Below, piece by piece: positions 12,001 to 23,840 of a stretch of 64,000 nt of DNA. The stretch comes from Antedon mediterranea. Lineage: Eukaryota; Animalia; Echinodermata. Location of the stretch: assembly GCF_964355755.1 (NCBI RefSeq), contig NC_092680.1, positions 20,035,045-20,099,044 on the forward strand. Direction: 5' to 3'. The position numbers were made by a program, and so were the translations under genes. How positions within the stretch are numbered: the first letter of the stretch is position 1; each line of letters opens with the position of its first letter. Under the pieces are notes generated by a model. It was not told the DNA's origin and did no database searches. It saw only the letters and a program-made list of their open reading frames with translations.

Positions 12001-13839
12001 TTCTCTCATATTCACTTGTCATCATAACTGTTAACGGAAGCATTGCCTTATTTGTTGTAAGAATTTGTAATAAGAACAAAATGTATAGGATTCACAGTGA
12101 ATTCAATATTTTTGAAATACACGCTTATCGTAGCCTAGAAAATGTTTAAAGATGCTTTTAAATTACCTGTTTAATCTTATTCGGCTGCTTCGGTACATCG
12201 GGTGGTCTAGTGTAATACATATATAACATTGTAGTTGGTTTGAAGTAGTATCAGTATATGTCATCGTTATTGTAGTAAAAACACAACATAAAAAATTGTT
12301 TACATTTATAATTGTGTCAATAAATGTAGACAACTTTACCTACCATGCTAATCAATATCACTATACAGCCTAAGTGTACATTATCAAACTTTAGTTTGCA
12401 AACATGAGTCTGTACAACAGTTTTTCCAAGTTTGCTGGTGTAGTAGACCAGGTTTAAATTTCCAAGCCTCTTATTATCAATCTAGAGTTTGCTAGACTTT
12501 ATTTAGATATATGATTTCCATTTGAAATACAGCTACATTTAAAGTAATAAAATAACATTTAAATTGTATATTCAATATACTATACAATCTAATGCAAAAT
12601 AAAATGGTTTTCCTATTGACTACCCCATCATTATAATCTCATGAGCCTTTATCCCTTACAAACACAGCATGGTATATTTCTGTGTCTTTAATATGCACAG
12701 ATGCTGTGGCCTTCTTTTTGCATATAGGTTTACTTACCATTACATCACATTGTTTTTCACAGCTTTAAAATTGTAACAAAAAAACATACCTTTTTGTATA
12801 TGGTCTTGGAGAAATGTCTGGGGAGTAAAAAATTGTCAAAAGATAGTTTTAAATTACATCAGGATCAGGATACACGTCTTTTTCATATTGCGTTTAGTAT
12901 ACAAAAAGCACATTTCTGATATTTTATACTGGACAAATAAACGCAGTGGAAGCACATTCAAGTTCAAGTTCTTTACTTTGGCTTACGAGTTTTATTTATT
13001 ATTGAATACTGTGTTCAAATAGAAGAGGAAATTGAGAAATATAAAAATAAAATCCAGCTTGATAGAATAGAAAATAATCGAACAAAAGTAGCTGTGACGT
13101 TTGAGGAAGTGTCTTTTCACAGGCGACTGTTATTGCGAAATGAGCTCTTTGTATTCAATCCTCTATATTTAATAGCAAATCATCCACTTAAATGATCAAA
13201 ATGTTGATATAATTTTCACTCTCAATGACTACCCTTTTACCATGGTTATCTACAGGTACATGCACATAATGCTACATAGAGGATACGTCATGTATAGGCA
13301 TATTATAGCTATACCAATTATCCTAATTTAGAGGCTTGGTTACAAACAGTTATTTTCAGACTGTCATGTGTTTGGTGTTGTGGCTTCACCGGCTTCAACA
13401 TAGTACATGAGTACGCTTAGCAGATGATATGCAAATGAGCAAGCTCACAGTAGTCTGAGATTATTGTTTAAAGACTTGTTATCTAAAACACTGATATTGC
13501 AAATGTGTTATCATGTGTAACTGCGATGCACATATTATAAGACAGTGTTGCAAATGGTGATCTTGTACATTCCTATGGCATGATCGTATACGGTACTAAA
13601 CAAATATACAATACTACAAACAAAAAGTGAATCTTACCTATTAGTGGCTGATTCTCATAATTGTATTCAAACGTTGCGATTTTTCCATATTTATCATCCA
13701 CGTTCAGATTACTTTCAGACTGTCTTCTTAGTTGTTCAAATTTAGCCTTTGCCGGAGCATTTTGGCTTACGTTAAAACTTTCGGATTTTGGGCGACGAGG
13801 TTTTGGTTTAACGGTGGGTGGCACTTTACTTGCCTTCAT
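1..13839 (-). CDS. Gene A: ephexin/SGEF-like protein with tandem (DH-PH-SH3)x2; at least 27 coding exons, about 1,700 aa, 3' end runs off the window
   Basis: Exons (GT-AG, phases consistent, no stop seen): 13638-13839, 12790-12817, 12167-12206, 10195-11871, cassette 1 = 9753-9910, 9333-9479, 9094-9229, 8199-8399, 7696-7865, 7210-7401, 6805-6869, 6420-6524, 5923-6085; linker = 5604-5733, 5260-5402, 4852-5000, 4602-4629, 4179-4200; cassette 2 = 3875-4044, 3352-3501, 2993-3110, 2435-2638, 2149-2330, 1628-1816, 1191-1261, 943-1044, <1-144. Ephexin-like hallmarks: EYRRLFTRIPKL (cf. EHHHLFSNI), IINECEE (cf. CNEG), PH C-terminal Trp helix then GEQYASW/GIYATW, and SH3 RPKYKI...GELKVDAGDEVE...GWVRAVNLKDNKEGWIP. 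Confidence 0.85.
320..797 (+). mobile_element. Non-LTR retrotransposon fragment (Rex1/Babar-L2-like RT and 3' tail) in the last visible intron of gene A
   Basis: LIRYADDTVI at 341-370, then MVFNFRK...VVNEFKYLGTLIDKDLCWTPNT. Ends AATAAAGTTTTCTTGTATCTTGTATCTTGTA. Contains a stop and internal deletions. Confidence 0.8.
10400..11800 (-). repeat. Coding minisatellite, 66-nt (22-aa) unit, about 20 copies, with a higher-order 264-276 nt repeat, in gene A exon 4
   Basis: CAAGTTCGTT recurs at 11473, 11539, 11605 and 11671 (period 66). CTGATTGAGTCGGACTAT recurs at 10563, 10839 and 11103. Protein unit is approximately QQEPEQLLSSTPSLSPEPTNLK. Confidence 0.92.
13092..13165. promoter_or_regulatory. Conserved intron-1 block with an ETS/PU.1-type GAGGAAGT site; paralogous blocks at about 30320-30390 and 46227-46297
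   Basis: TGTGACGTTTGAGGAAGTGT in A and B, TTGAGGAAGTAT in C, each followed by GAGCTCT about 40 nt later. Confidence 0.45.
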
Positions 13840-13991
13840 GATGTTTATCCAACGACTGAGTTATTTTGTAAATATACTAGGTATAGTATCTACACCGTGT
13901 AATCTATTTCTGAATCTTTAGAAATTTTTATGACAAAGGGTTTCTATAATTGACTGGTACATACTGTAAGTTTACTCGAAATGCTTCATTA

Positions 13992-14003
13992 AGTTTCCAT
14001 TTC
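13992..14003. promoter_or_regulatory. ISRE/IRF-site consensus match about 150 bp upstream of the gene A start codon
   Basis: AGTTTCCATTTC matches AGTTTCNNTTTC. It lies in a block that is partly conserved upstream of B and C. Confidence 0.3.
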
Positions 14004-14119
14004 GTAAACACAAAATAAACAATTTCGTACATATTTATTTCCTCCATGGTAAAATAGTTACGTCCATATGTAGTATCGTTCCGCCACCGCGTAGAATTAA
14101 GCTGAACATCATTATTTAA

Positions 14120-14412
14120 AGATGTATTGTCCCCAAAAACATGAAAAATAAAAATTAATAAAATCAGACTTTGAATAGATTATTTTGTTGCTTTAATAAA
14201 TTTAATCATTTCTGTAGAAAAAAAATTACAAAATAAATGGTTAAATTCAACCAAAAATCCATTGGCTGGCAGCCAATTTGACTATTTTTTGCTTTAAATT
14301 ACATTTTTTTAGGTAAATACTTTTCAAAGTGGATAACTATTTGTTGACATTAAAATGGCACATTCAACAGAGAAATGTTTAAGAATTAATTTTTCAGGGG
14401 GACAATACATCT
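14120..14412. mobile_element. Non-autonomous DNA transposon with TTAA target duplication and AG..CT ends (Kolobok-like MITE)
   Basis: ttaa|AGATGTATTGTCCCC ... GGGGACAATACATCT|ttaa. A second copy lies in opposite orientation at 27061-27526. Confidence 0.85.
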
Positions 14413-14508
14413 TTAACTGTATATAATTATATTAACTTGACTTTTACATTCGGAAACAAAACAATACAATAATCAAATATAAAAATACATGTATATATAT
14501 ATATATAT

Positions 14509-14683
14509 TCCTTCACTTGCACTGATGAAGGGCTAGTTGCCCGAAAGCTCTGCTAACTTTTCTGGCTGTTTACTTTATCGTTTTGATTTAGCTTTTCGCT
14601 TTTTATTTTTGTATCTCCATTGAGATCCAGCAACTGATACCCACAGCATTGTCATTTTTTTTCAGTAATTTGCCTTTGGATTT
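14509..14683 (+). mobile_element. Penelope-like terminal-repeat fragment within (TA)n; related degenerate copies at about 33122-33232 and 34487-34552
   Basis: Hammerhead core followed by TGTATCTCCATT...CTGATACCCACAGCATTGTCATT...TTTGCCTTTGGATT, which is shared by all three copies. (TA)n tracts on both sides. Confidence 0.6.
14519..14553 (+). ncRNA. Minimal type I hammerhead ribozyme motif (Penelope-like element type)
   Basis: GCA-CTGATGA-A-GGGC-TAGTT-GCCC-GAAA-GC-TC-TGC: complete core, 4-bp stem II, palindromic AGCT at stem III, CUC cleavage triplet, 3-bp stem I GCA/TGC. Confidence 0.7.
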
Positions 14684-14729
14684 ATATATATATATATATA
14701 AATATACATGGGGCTTACATGGTATTGTT

Positions 14730-14773
<44 letters not shown>

Positions 14774-17700
14774 TCACAGATTTCCTCATCTTTATCGTTT
14801 CAAATTAATTAATTAAATTTCAGTATATCACCGGGCGGTTTAGAATTAATGTTCTTTGCCTGATTTATTTATATATATATATGTTTGCAACATTTAAACT
14901 ATTAATTTAAATACACTTTGCACACATTCATAACGTATAGTAGGCCTATGGTCCTTTGGGTTATATATTAGCTTATTTAGTTGCATCGTATAAATGTGTT
15001 TTAATACTCCATTGGTGTATAAAATAAATTTATGGGACTAAATAGATCAAACATGTTGAGGTTTCTTAATTTACGACCTGCTTGTTTAGTTTGTAAGTTT
15101 GAGAAAACTTTATTTGTCAATAAGATGTTTATAAAGTATCTCATTCATTATTAAAATTCACTCTTCCTTAAGTTTACATTATACAGTGCATTGTATATAG
15201 AGCGCATTTAATTTTGCTACGTTTTTTTAAACAAACAATAAATGGAAGTCAGTATAATTTCAACTAGTACCCTATCTATTTAACTTCATAAAAGCATTTA
15301 CAGAAAGCCCACCTTGTCATTTAAGTACAAATGTAATCCACACCATATTTACATTAAAAACAAAATAAAGGTCGTGGATACCCAGTCACGTACAGTGGAA
15401 TAGCCAGCATTGTACCCATCAGTTTTATTATTTTTTTTTTATTTTGCGTTTGTTTTATTTTAATTAAGACGATAGTGGCGAATTGGATATATAGAGTGGT
15501 GGTAAGTATCAATTATTCAACTTTTGAATATTAACGTATTGATATTTAGGTTCTTCATTGTAATGTCTACATGATTATTTCTTCAAACGTTTAGTGGAAC
15601 AGTATTGATTCGCCAAGACATTTATCAGGAATCCATCCTTTTCTGTTGTCTGTAAGGTTTATGGCTTTCACCCAACCTATTGAAATATTAATAATAATGA
15701 GATGAAATAACACTTACGTGAATATTATGTTAACAGTATTAAAAATTTATTCAAAAAATGATTAACGACATTGTGTTCCGTCGTTTTACTTTCAAAATAA
15801 CAATGTAATATTTATGTAAAAATAATGTTGGTACGGGAATACGTTCAGTACATAATGTAGAAAGTGTGTTTTCCCTAAAAAACACCATTTACTGACTTGA
15901 AAATTTCAACTTGAGGTATTGTTTTAAAAAACCGTTAACTAGGTTCACATTGATCAGTACCTCAACATGTTTGAAAATGTTATACTAGCATACATACCGT
16001 TTAATCTATCAGTTATTTCTACCTTGTCACCAACATTGGCTTCTAGATTACCACTGTTACTCTCATGAAATTCTGTAGCAATCTTGTATTTTGGTCTACC
16101 TGGTTTGATAAGCCATAACATAATTATGTAGAGGAATAAGAATGTCTCAAAACATTAACATTTGTGTATTTTACAATACAATTAAATAAAACAATACATT
16201 TTCCAGGTTTAAAGTGTGTGAAACTATATAAATATCATATTAAACATTTGATCATAAAAATGCAAAACACAGCAAAAGAAAAGTAAATTGGTTCAAACAA
16301 AATCATCATTCTTATTATCATCTATGAACTATAAGCCACATAATTTCTATCAATCACATGGTTTTTCAAAAAATACCGTATAAATCACTTACTCCAGGAA
16401 GCATACAGTTCCCCATCATCATCATCATCATCATCATCCATTAAAAAGGATTTCCTCCAAAACTCGAAACTTCTATAAAATAATTAAAGTTAGCAATAAA
16501 CATGTCTTTCAGTCTTTTAGTTTACATGAACTGGTTCGTTTAGATATATTTTTGAATATTGAATTGTTATTTGCATTTAAGGTTAATAGTTAACTTCATA
16601 ACAATGTTTACCGATTTATGAAATGGAATTGTGTTTAACAATGTCCATGTATCGCTAGAGAACACGAAAGCTCAACTAACCTGTCATGCGAAGGTTCCCA
16701 ACAGACATAATAATCCATTGATTTCCTTGATTGATTTCCTTCCTTATCCGTGTGCATAACAATAAAAAACACATCCATTGACACACCTTTTTTCTTTGGT
16801 ACTTTAAACGGATAGGTGTCACTTGATGGGTTCTGAAGCTTAACACAATTCTTGTTGGCACAGTCGATCAGATTATAGCAAACCCTAAAATAATCGAAAC
16901 TCAAAATTAGTACTATAATTAATCAAGCATCGATACAGTGTATATTTGAGATATAAATGATTTGTTTGTAAACATAATTTTAATGCATTATTAGTCTTTG
17001 TATTACTTGCTGTGCCATGTTTAAACATAATAATGTTATGATCTGAACATAATAATAGGCGCCATCTCATGCAATAATAATAATATAATATTTTTCTAGA
17101 TTGTTTTCAGTAATATGTTTGGATAAAATGTAAAGTAATATATTTGTGCTGTTGTTTATCAAAGAAGTAATTCTTTTAATTTGTTCAATAATTTAATGAT
17201 AAAGACGTTGACGTACTATGCAATGGATGTACTGTATAATATTATGGTAAAGATACAATTAGTACCATACAATGCATTTATTGAATTTATTAATTTTATT
17301 ATCAGTGAACGGTTTAATTTAGTGAAATGCTTACTCATTTTGTATTTTGTGGTGCTTTTCGTCGATAAGCATCACCACTCGTTCAAATGTGACCAACTTT
17401 ACATTGGATCCTATTTTTTCCCAGTCTTTGCTACCCCTTTTCTTTCTGGAATACACTATGACGTCATTCCAAGTTTTAGCCCAACTCTCATTACTAATTT
17501 GTTTCTCCTTCTACGCATGAAAATATATGAATTGAATAATTACAATGCCGAGTGTTATTTGCATGTATACATTAAACAACTGGTTTGCTTGATGCCTAAC
17601 TAAAAGAAAAACAACTAAAAAGACGTAAGAATTCAACGCACCATCCGGTAAATTACCCAGACACGACACATGATTATTTCAATCTATTATTAACAACAAA

Positions 17701-20700
17701 CCAATTAGCAGCAAAACTGCTGAATTACATGGAATTTGTAGGAAATATATATAAAACAAATATACAAATATTCACCGAAAAATACAAAAAAGCATTCATA
17801 ACATAACACCTTTTGGTGTTTGGTGGAATGTACACCGCACTGACAACAATTGCGGCCACAGCAGTAGGTCACAGTGGTAGACGATGAAGACGTACACTCG
17901 TAGCTAGCAATACACATTACAATTTGTTGGGAACATTATTGTTAGGAAGGTATCTACAAGTAGATTGTCTTTAACTTAAATGGCCACTCCTCTGTGTAAA
18001 ACACTAAACTCGTTTACTGCAATACAATCATTATTTACTTTCCATGTTTTTCACCAATATGTTAACATGTTTATATATTCAGCTACATACCACCTGTTAA
18101 TTGCGAGTGCTACCACAGCAATTTCCAGTTATTTGGCCTGGGCAATTTTATTAAAATTATCGTCAAATATTGTCCTAAATGTGTGCAAATCCTTATTCAC
18201 AGTGCAACAATAATGATTTAATTTCGTAATACACAGTCACAAGAGAACAGTAATAGGAATTAAGCAAAAATTAATCCACGAGAGAAACAAATTATTGTTT
18301 TAGGTTTGTGCTTTTTATCATCTAATTGGTCGACCTTACAAACAAACCCAAAACTAATAATTCCATAAAACTTCCTTAACAAATTTATATAGAATTGCTG
18401 CATAATTATTTGCTTTACCTCGGATAAAAGTACACCTTCACTTTCTTCAAATTTAAGCAGAATCTTTGATACATGTTTTTCTTCTCTCTCTTGTAATGTA
18501 TTGTCTTGTTCTTTACACTCTCTTAAGATGTGTTTCATATATTGAGTGAGGTCATGAGCCAGTCTCACTACGTTTGCTTCCGGGTTGGAAGATACTGCTT
18601 CTTGAAATCTCTTAAAACAAAAATTACAATTATCAACAATTATATTAATTATCAAATCTCACAACCGCAGCCTATGTCATACTTAAAAACACATTGCACA
18701 CCACAACATACATCAATATTATATTATTATTTAATAATCCGTGGTAGGCCTACAAAAAACAACTTTCATATTTTAATACTAATAAAAAATAAAAAACAAT
18801 CATAAACCTTGTTCATAATGTATACCGGACAAACGATATGAAAAAAATAATAGTGTAATCGATTGCATGTAGGCCTACATTTCTTTCTAATTAAGATCGG
18901 TAAACATAATGGTATGAAGATCATTTAATTGTAGACAAAGAGAGTAGCATTCGACCCATTACAGCATACCGGCATTATCTTAATACATTAATGATTTCAG
19001 ATTTATTTCAACTGCCATTCGGGCACTGAATGCTTGTCAGTACGAAAGTGATGAATGAATGATTCAATTTATCTTAAATATTTTGTCCTGGTGGTATTAG
19101 GCCTATATTTATACCTTACGAATGAAAATGTATGTATCTTACTTTGATGTGGTAGTTGAATTTGTCGATGAAAAAACACGGTGCAACCAACAGAAGATCC
19201 AAGGTGTCTTTCTTTGTGTCTTGCTTTTTTACTAATTTAACAAATAAATCATTTTTTCTCCTAAAAATATAAAATAAGTAGATGAGAGCATAACGCAAAT
19301 AAGTATATTATCACGACGACTGGATGACATGGTATGATAATCATAAAATATTAATAACTAATGATAACTTAAAAAGAAAAAAAAACAACACCGACAACAA
19401 CAGTAATGTTATAAACATAAAGCACTGTTTACTGCGCTAAAAGACCAACAATCATTATTGAAACAGGTGAGATTTTAATCACTTGAATTACTTTAGAAGA
19501 TTATTTTACTATTTATCATATTTATTTTGTTTTGTTGTTACTGTTATTGATATTAATACTTCTTATTACCTGATTGTTTTTAAGGGTCTCGGCTTAAAAA
19601 GCTTTGCTTATTTTGGGTTCCCTTTTCCATGACATTTTTTTATGACATAAATTATTTGTACATATACTTAGCTTTATAGAATAAATACATTTTGATAGAT
19701 TATCATTAATGTATTTACTTGTGCAAAAAAAAAGCCTTGGGATAGGTATTATGGTTTGTTCTTTTAATAGATAAGACTTAAATCATTCTAACCTTAGATA
19801 TGACAGTGTAAATTTTTGAAATCTAAAATTAACCGTATAATCCTTGAAACTTTCCAGATAATCAGTGGTTACAGCGTCAAGTAGAAGCTGACAAATCTGA
19901 TCACCATCTGGCGAGTTGCATTTTTTCAAATTGCTCATTAGGCTGCAAATAAATGAAACCAAAGAATAAAAATGTTATAACCAAAATGTTTTTTTTTTTA
20001 AATGTGAAATTGTTCAAAATACATATTTTAAAAACAATTTATTCATTTATTTTTATATTTTATCGGAAGCCATGATATTTTTTATTCATAATATATTTAC
20101 ACACACGGAAAAAAAACTTGTTGTGCGTCATCCTGTGACGTCATGTCTTTTTTTGGATACGAAGTTTGAGTGAAATCTTACTATAGTTACTGATTACACA
20201 TACTTTTACCTCTGATATTTGACAATTTATAATTTGAATGCGAAAACTAAACTAAACTATGCATATAATATAACATACTTATTAAGAAACTGAATAAGCT
20301 TTGGAATTCTCGCAAACAGTCTTCTATATTCTCCATCTTGTAAAATACCATTCTGCGGATTCAGTGCTGCGTTCGTGACGTAACGACTATTGAGGGTATT
20401 CAGGTCTTCTAAAGTTTTGCTCACAAAATTCACAAATTCACTAAAAATCTTTGTAAAAACATCTTAGACAATTACACGATTAATATTTTATTTTCATGAT
20501 CGTTTTATAATATTCATTCACTTTGTGTATTTTTTTTCTTTCTAATTTTATTTATTTTGTTCAAATTATATTCGTAACTAACATACTGTAAAAACTTACT
20601 TGGTCTATCTTCTGCACGCTCCTGAATCATAAGATATAAAAAAATATATATAATTTTGATCCGTAAACAAAGAAAAAAAGATGTATGTGGTGTGTATCGG

Positions 20701-22959
20701 GCCTAGTTTATGAGTTACAACCTCTGTATACATTGGTACAAACGTTTAACCCGAGTTTGTTATTGGTTCTGATATTGTTTGATTACATTCAGTGGTGTAA
20801 ATAAATTAAAATATTCACGCGTGGTTGAAGTCTGAAGTTGAACATTTTATTTGATTTAGTATCACTAATGGACTTCGATGTAATATATTACGGTTTTGAC
20901 TTTGACATTATTTGTTTACTTTTAGTTACTCTACACATTGTCGCTAGAAGTCAGTATAAAATTCAGCTACCCATTAGAATAATTAAACACTGCACAGATA
21001 CAAACACATATTTATAATGTGGAGCACAATATATATATAATTTATAATGTAAATCTATACTCACGGTTTACTTGAAGGAAACTTTTTGACTAATAAAAAT
21101 ATAATATGATACATTTAGTTTAATTGAAATACAATTATACTGTACGTCCATTGCTTCAAATTTAAATCAAATACAAAGAAAAAGAGAAGAGAAAATGCAA
21201 GTTACCTTCTTCGGTTTCCAAGCTGGGTGTAGGTGCGTCAACAGGCACATAAAATATAGTGCCAGGTACACTGTACATAAAAAGGAGGTAGTTTAGCCTT
21301 ATTGATTGGACGGATAGAACATCATTCAGACACAAAAGTAATAGAGATTATCATGTATTTCATATGATTTTGTATAAATAAGGCATCAAAATTTTTGCAA
21401 AAAATATACCCTTTCTCTCTTTTTTCAAGTCTTTCTTTTCTTCGTTCCGACTTGAAGTTTACCATTATCTGGTATTCATTTTCTAACTGTTGTCCTATTT
21501 TCTTTGGTATCCAACCAACTTTCTTGTCGTGTATCCTCTCTACACGAAACATTGCTACAAGATAAAAACATCCACAAGAGTTTAAAAAAACATAAAAGCA
21601 GACGTAACTTCACATTGCACAGGTACCGTATACTACCAAGATCAGCTAGAATATCAGCCTCCGAAATTATTCACAGATCACATTATTATTCACATTTATT
21701 TACAAAATTAGAATTACGAAAAATATTGGCCACAGAATCAACACGGAAAGACAGAAAAATCAAAGAATCCATAACATTAATAAAACACGATAATGAAGAC
21801 AATACATTTGTCGTATTGCACGTCAATCTAATCTTAATCTTAAAATTTAGAATCAATAATATATCAATATATATATAACCAAAAATGAATTACATTTACT
21901 ACTAGCTAGCACTACGATTATGTTATATAACTATGATGAAAATTAAAAGAATACACAAGTAAATTGAATTTTTTTTATCGATTAACCTAACAATTATTTG
22001 ATAAATCTTGTTGAATTGTTTTTTACCTTTACCATCAATTTCTTCAACCACTTCTACTTCATGTCCACCCTCAAATGTGATACCAGTTAATTGGTCAGTA
22101 TAGCGTTTACGTATCTTATACTTTGGTCTACCTGAATATGTAATGTTTTTTATACTGATAAAAGCTGTAAGATGGTACATCACAGTAACACACATTTATT
22201 TAATTATAAATTCGAACGGTAACATTATGTTTTTGTAATAATTAGTAAAAACCCCCAAGCTCTAATTTCAATATCATATTATGCTTATAAAAAGCAGTAG
22301 GACTATCAAAACACAATGTGAAAGGAGTAGCCGAAAATAATACCACAATTTTTGACAAATGCCTTAATTATTTTTTTTCTACAGAATGAAACATTAATAA
22401 TTAATTAAATTCTAGTTTTAAATATTGTAAGATATTGCTACTTACTCCAATTTGTATAGATACCACGTTCCGGAATTTTAATGGCATTTTCTCATGCATC
22501 CATTACACTATAAAAACAAAATTAATTTGCAGTTGAACATTTAATTTTCTAAAGCAATTTTTAGTTTAAATGTAAAACAATATGTTTGCCAAATAAAAAG
22601 CATTGCGCAATTTTAAAAATAAGTTATAGGCTTACTATCACTGTATTATAGATAAATAGAGGTAAATGCTAAAGTTACTTACTCATGTGTGACTTCATTT
22701 CCAGTAGGAGCTAATACGTATTTGTGTGTTGAATAGCTTGTCTTTGATTGTCTCTCGAGTTTGTAGAAGTACAAGATAAAGGCATGTGGATGTGGAGACG
22801 CTTTCTTTGGGAGTCTTTCAAAATCAACGTAGTTTCTGTTACAGCATTCCAGTAACTTGTAGGGTTTACTTTTACTTTAAGATTAGATTAATAAAATAAA
22901 GTTTAAACACTGGTATACTTTTATTTAGTATAAAACGGGTCATCGACAGGGACCCTACC

Positions 22960-23178
22960 TAAGAAACTTGAAAACACTCTAAACGGAACATATACTAGGA
23001 TGCTAAGAGCCGTTCTTAACGTTTCATGGCAAGAGCACCTCCCGAACGCTCAGCTATATGGGAATATACGCAAGATCACCGATGTCATCAAAGAAAGAAG
23101 AGTCCGCTTTGTTGGACACTCTTTCCGCAACAAAAGTGAACTGATAAGCGACCTTATGCTCTGGATGCCATCACATGG
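22960..23178 (+). mobile_element. RTE-clade LINE fragment (C-terminal ORF region)
   Basis: LNGTYTRMLRAVLNVSWQEHLPNAQLYG...IKERRVRFVGHSFR...LMLWMPSHG, the typical post-RT region of RTE elements. Confidence 0.8.
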
Positions 23179-23179
23179 G

Positions 23180-23232
<53 letters not shown>

Positions 23233-23292
23233 TGAAAGAGAAGGAGAAAGAGAAGGAGAAGGAGAAGAAGAGGAAGTGGTAGTGGTAGTAGT
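23179..23292 (+). repeat. (GTA)n microsatellite followed by a GA-rich simple repeat
   Basis: About 17 GTA units at 23179-23230, then GAAGGA/GAAAGA units. Confidence 0.95.
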
Positions 23293-23439
23293 ATTCCGGT
23301 AGTCTGGTGGAGGAACTGATCATTAAACAAGGGCTATTAGTAAGACATACGTTACATACAAACATTAATATTAAATAATCAAAAGAATTTCAAGAATGTG
23401 TCCTAGACTACTCAAGTGCTACATCTTTTAAACAGCTTT

Positions 23440-23840
23440 TTATAGATGCGAGACCCAGACTTTCTTGCAATCTGTCTCAGACAGAATTAAAGCATTTGAG
23501 ATGCGTGCTATGGAAGATTGTTTAAACATACCATGGTGAAAGATGGTATCGAATAGAAATGTATTGTTACAAGTTAAATAAGAAAGAGAGTTGTTAGTTG
23601 TTATTATAAAAAGAAAATGTATATTCATAATAATAAACGACAAGTAGTGTTGCAACGATCCTTATTGAGGGACGAATAGAAGGTAAAAGAGAAAGAGGCA
23701 GACCTCGTAGGAAATAGATTGATGACATCAAAGAATGGATCAACACCAACAGTTGTGTAAGACAAGCATTTGATAGAGACGGTTGTCAAAGCATGACCTC
23801 CAACCTTCAACGTGAAAATGGAAGAAATTGGACCTGCCAT
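23440..23840 (+). mobile_element. Second, older RTE-clade LINE 3' fragment
   Basis: Degenerate RIKAFEMR...LNIPW..VSNRNVL..ERELL..IKRK...GRIEGKRERGRPRRK*IDDIKEW...AFDRDG, with stops. Confidence 0.7.

Noticed and set aside
22492-22494. TGA as selenocysteine or a variant genetic code
   Set aside because: Paralogs have Trp rather than Cys, other Trp codons examined are TGG, and no SECIS was recognised.
23000-23365. Poly-Val / poly-Tyr proteins
   Set aside because: Translation of a (GTA)n microsatellite attached to an RTE fragment.
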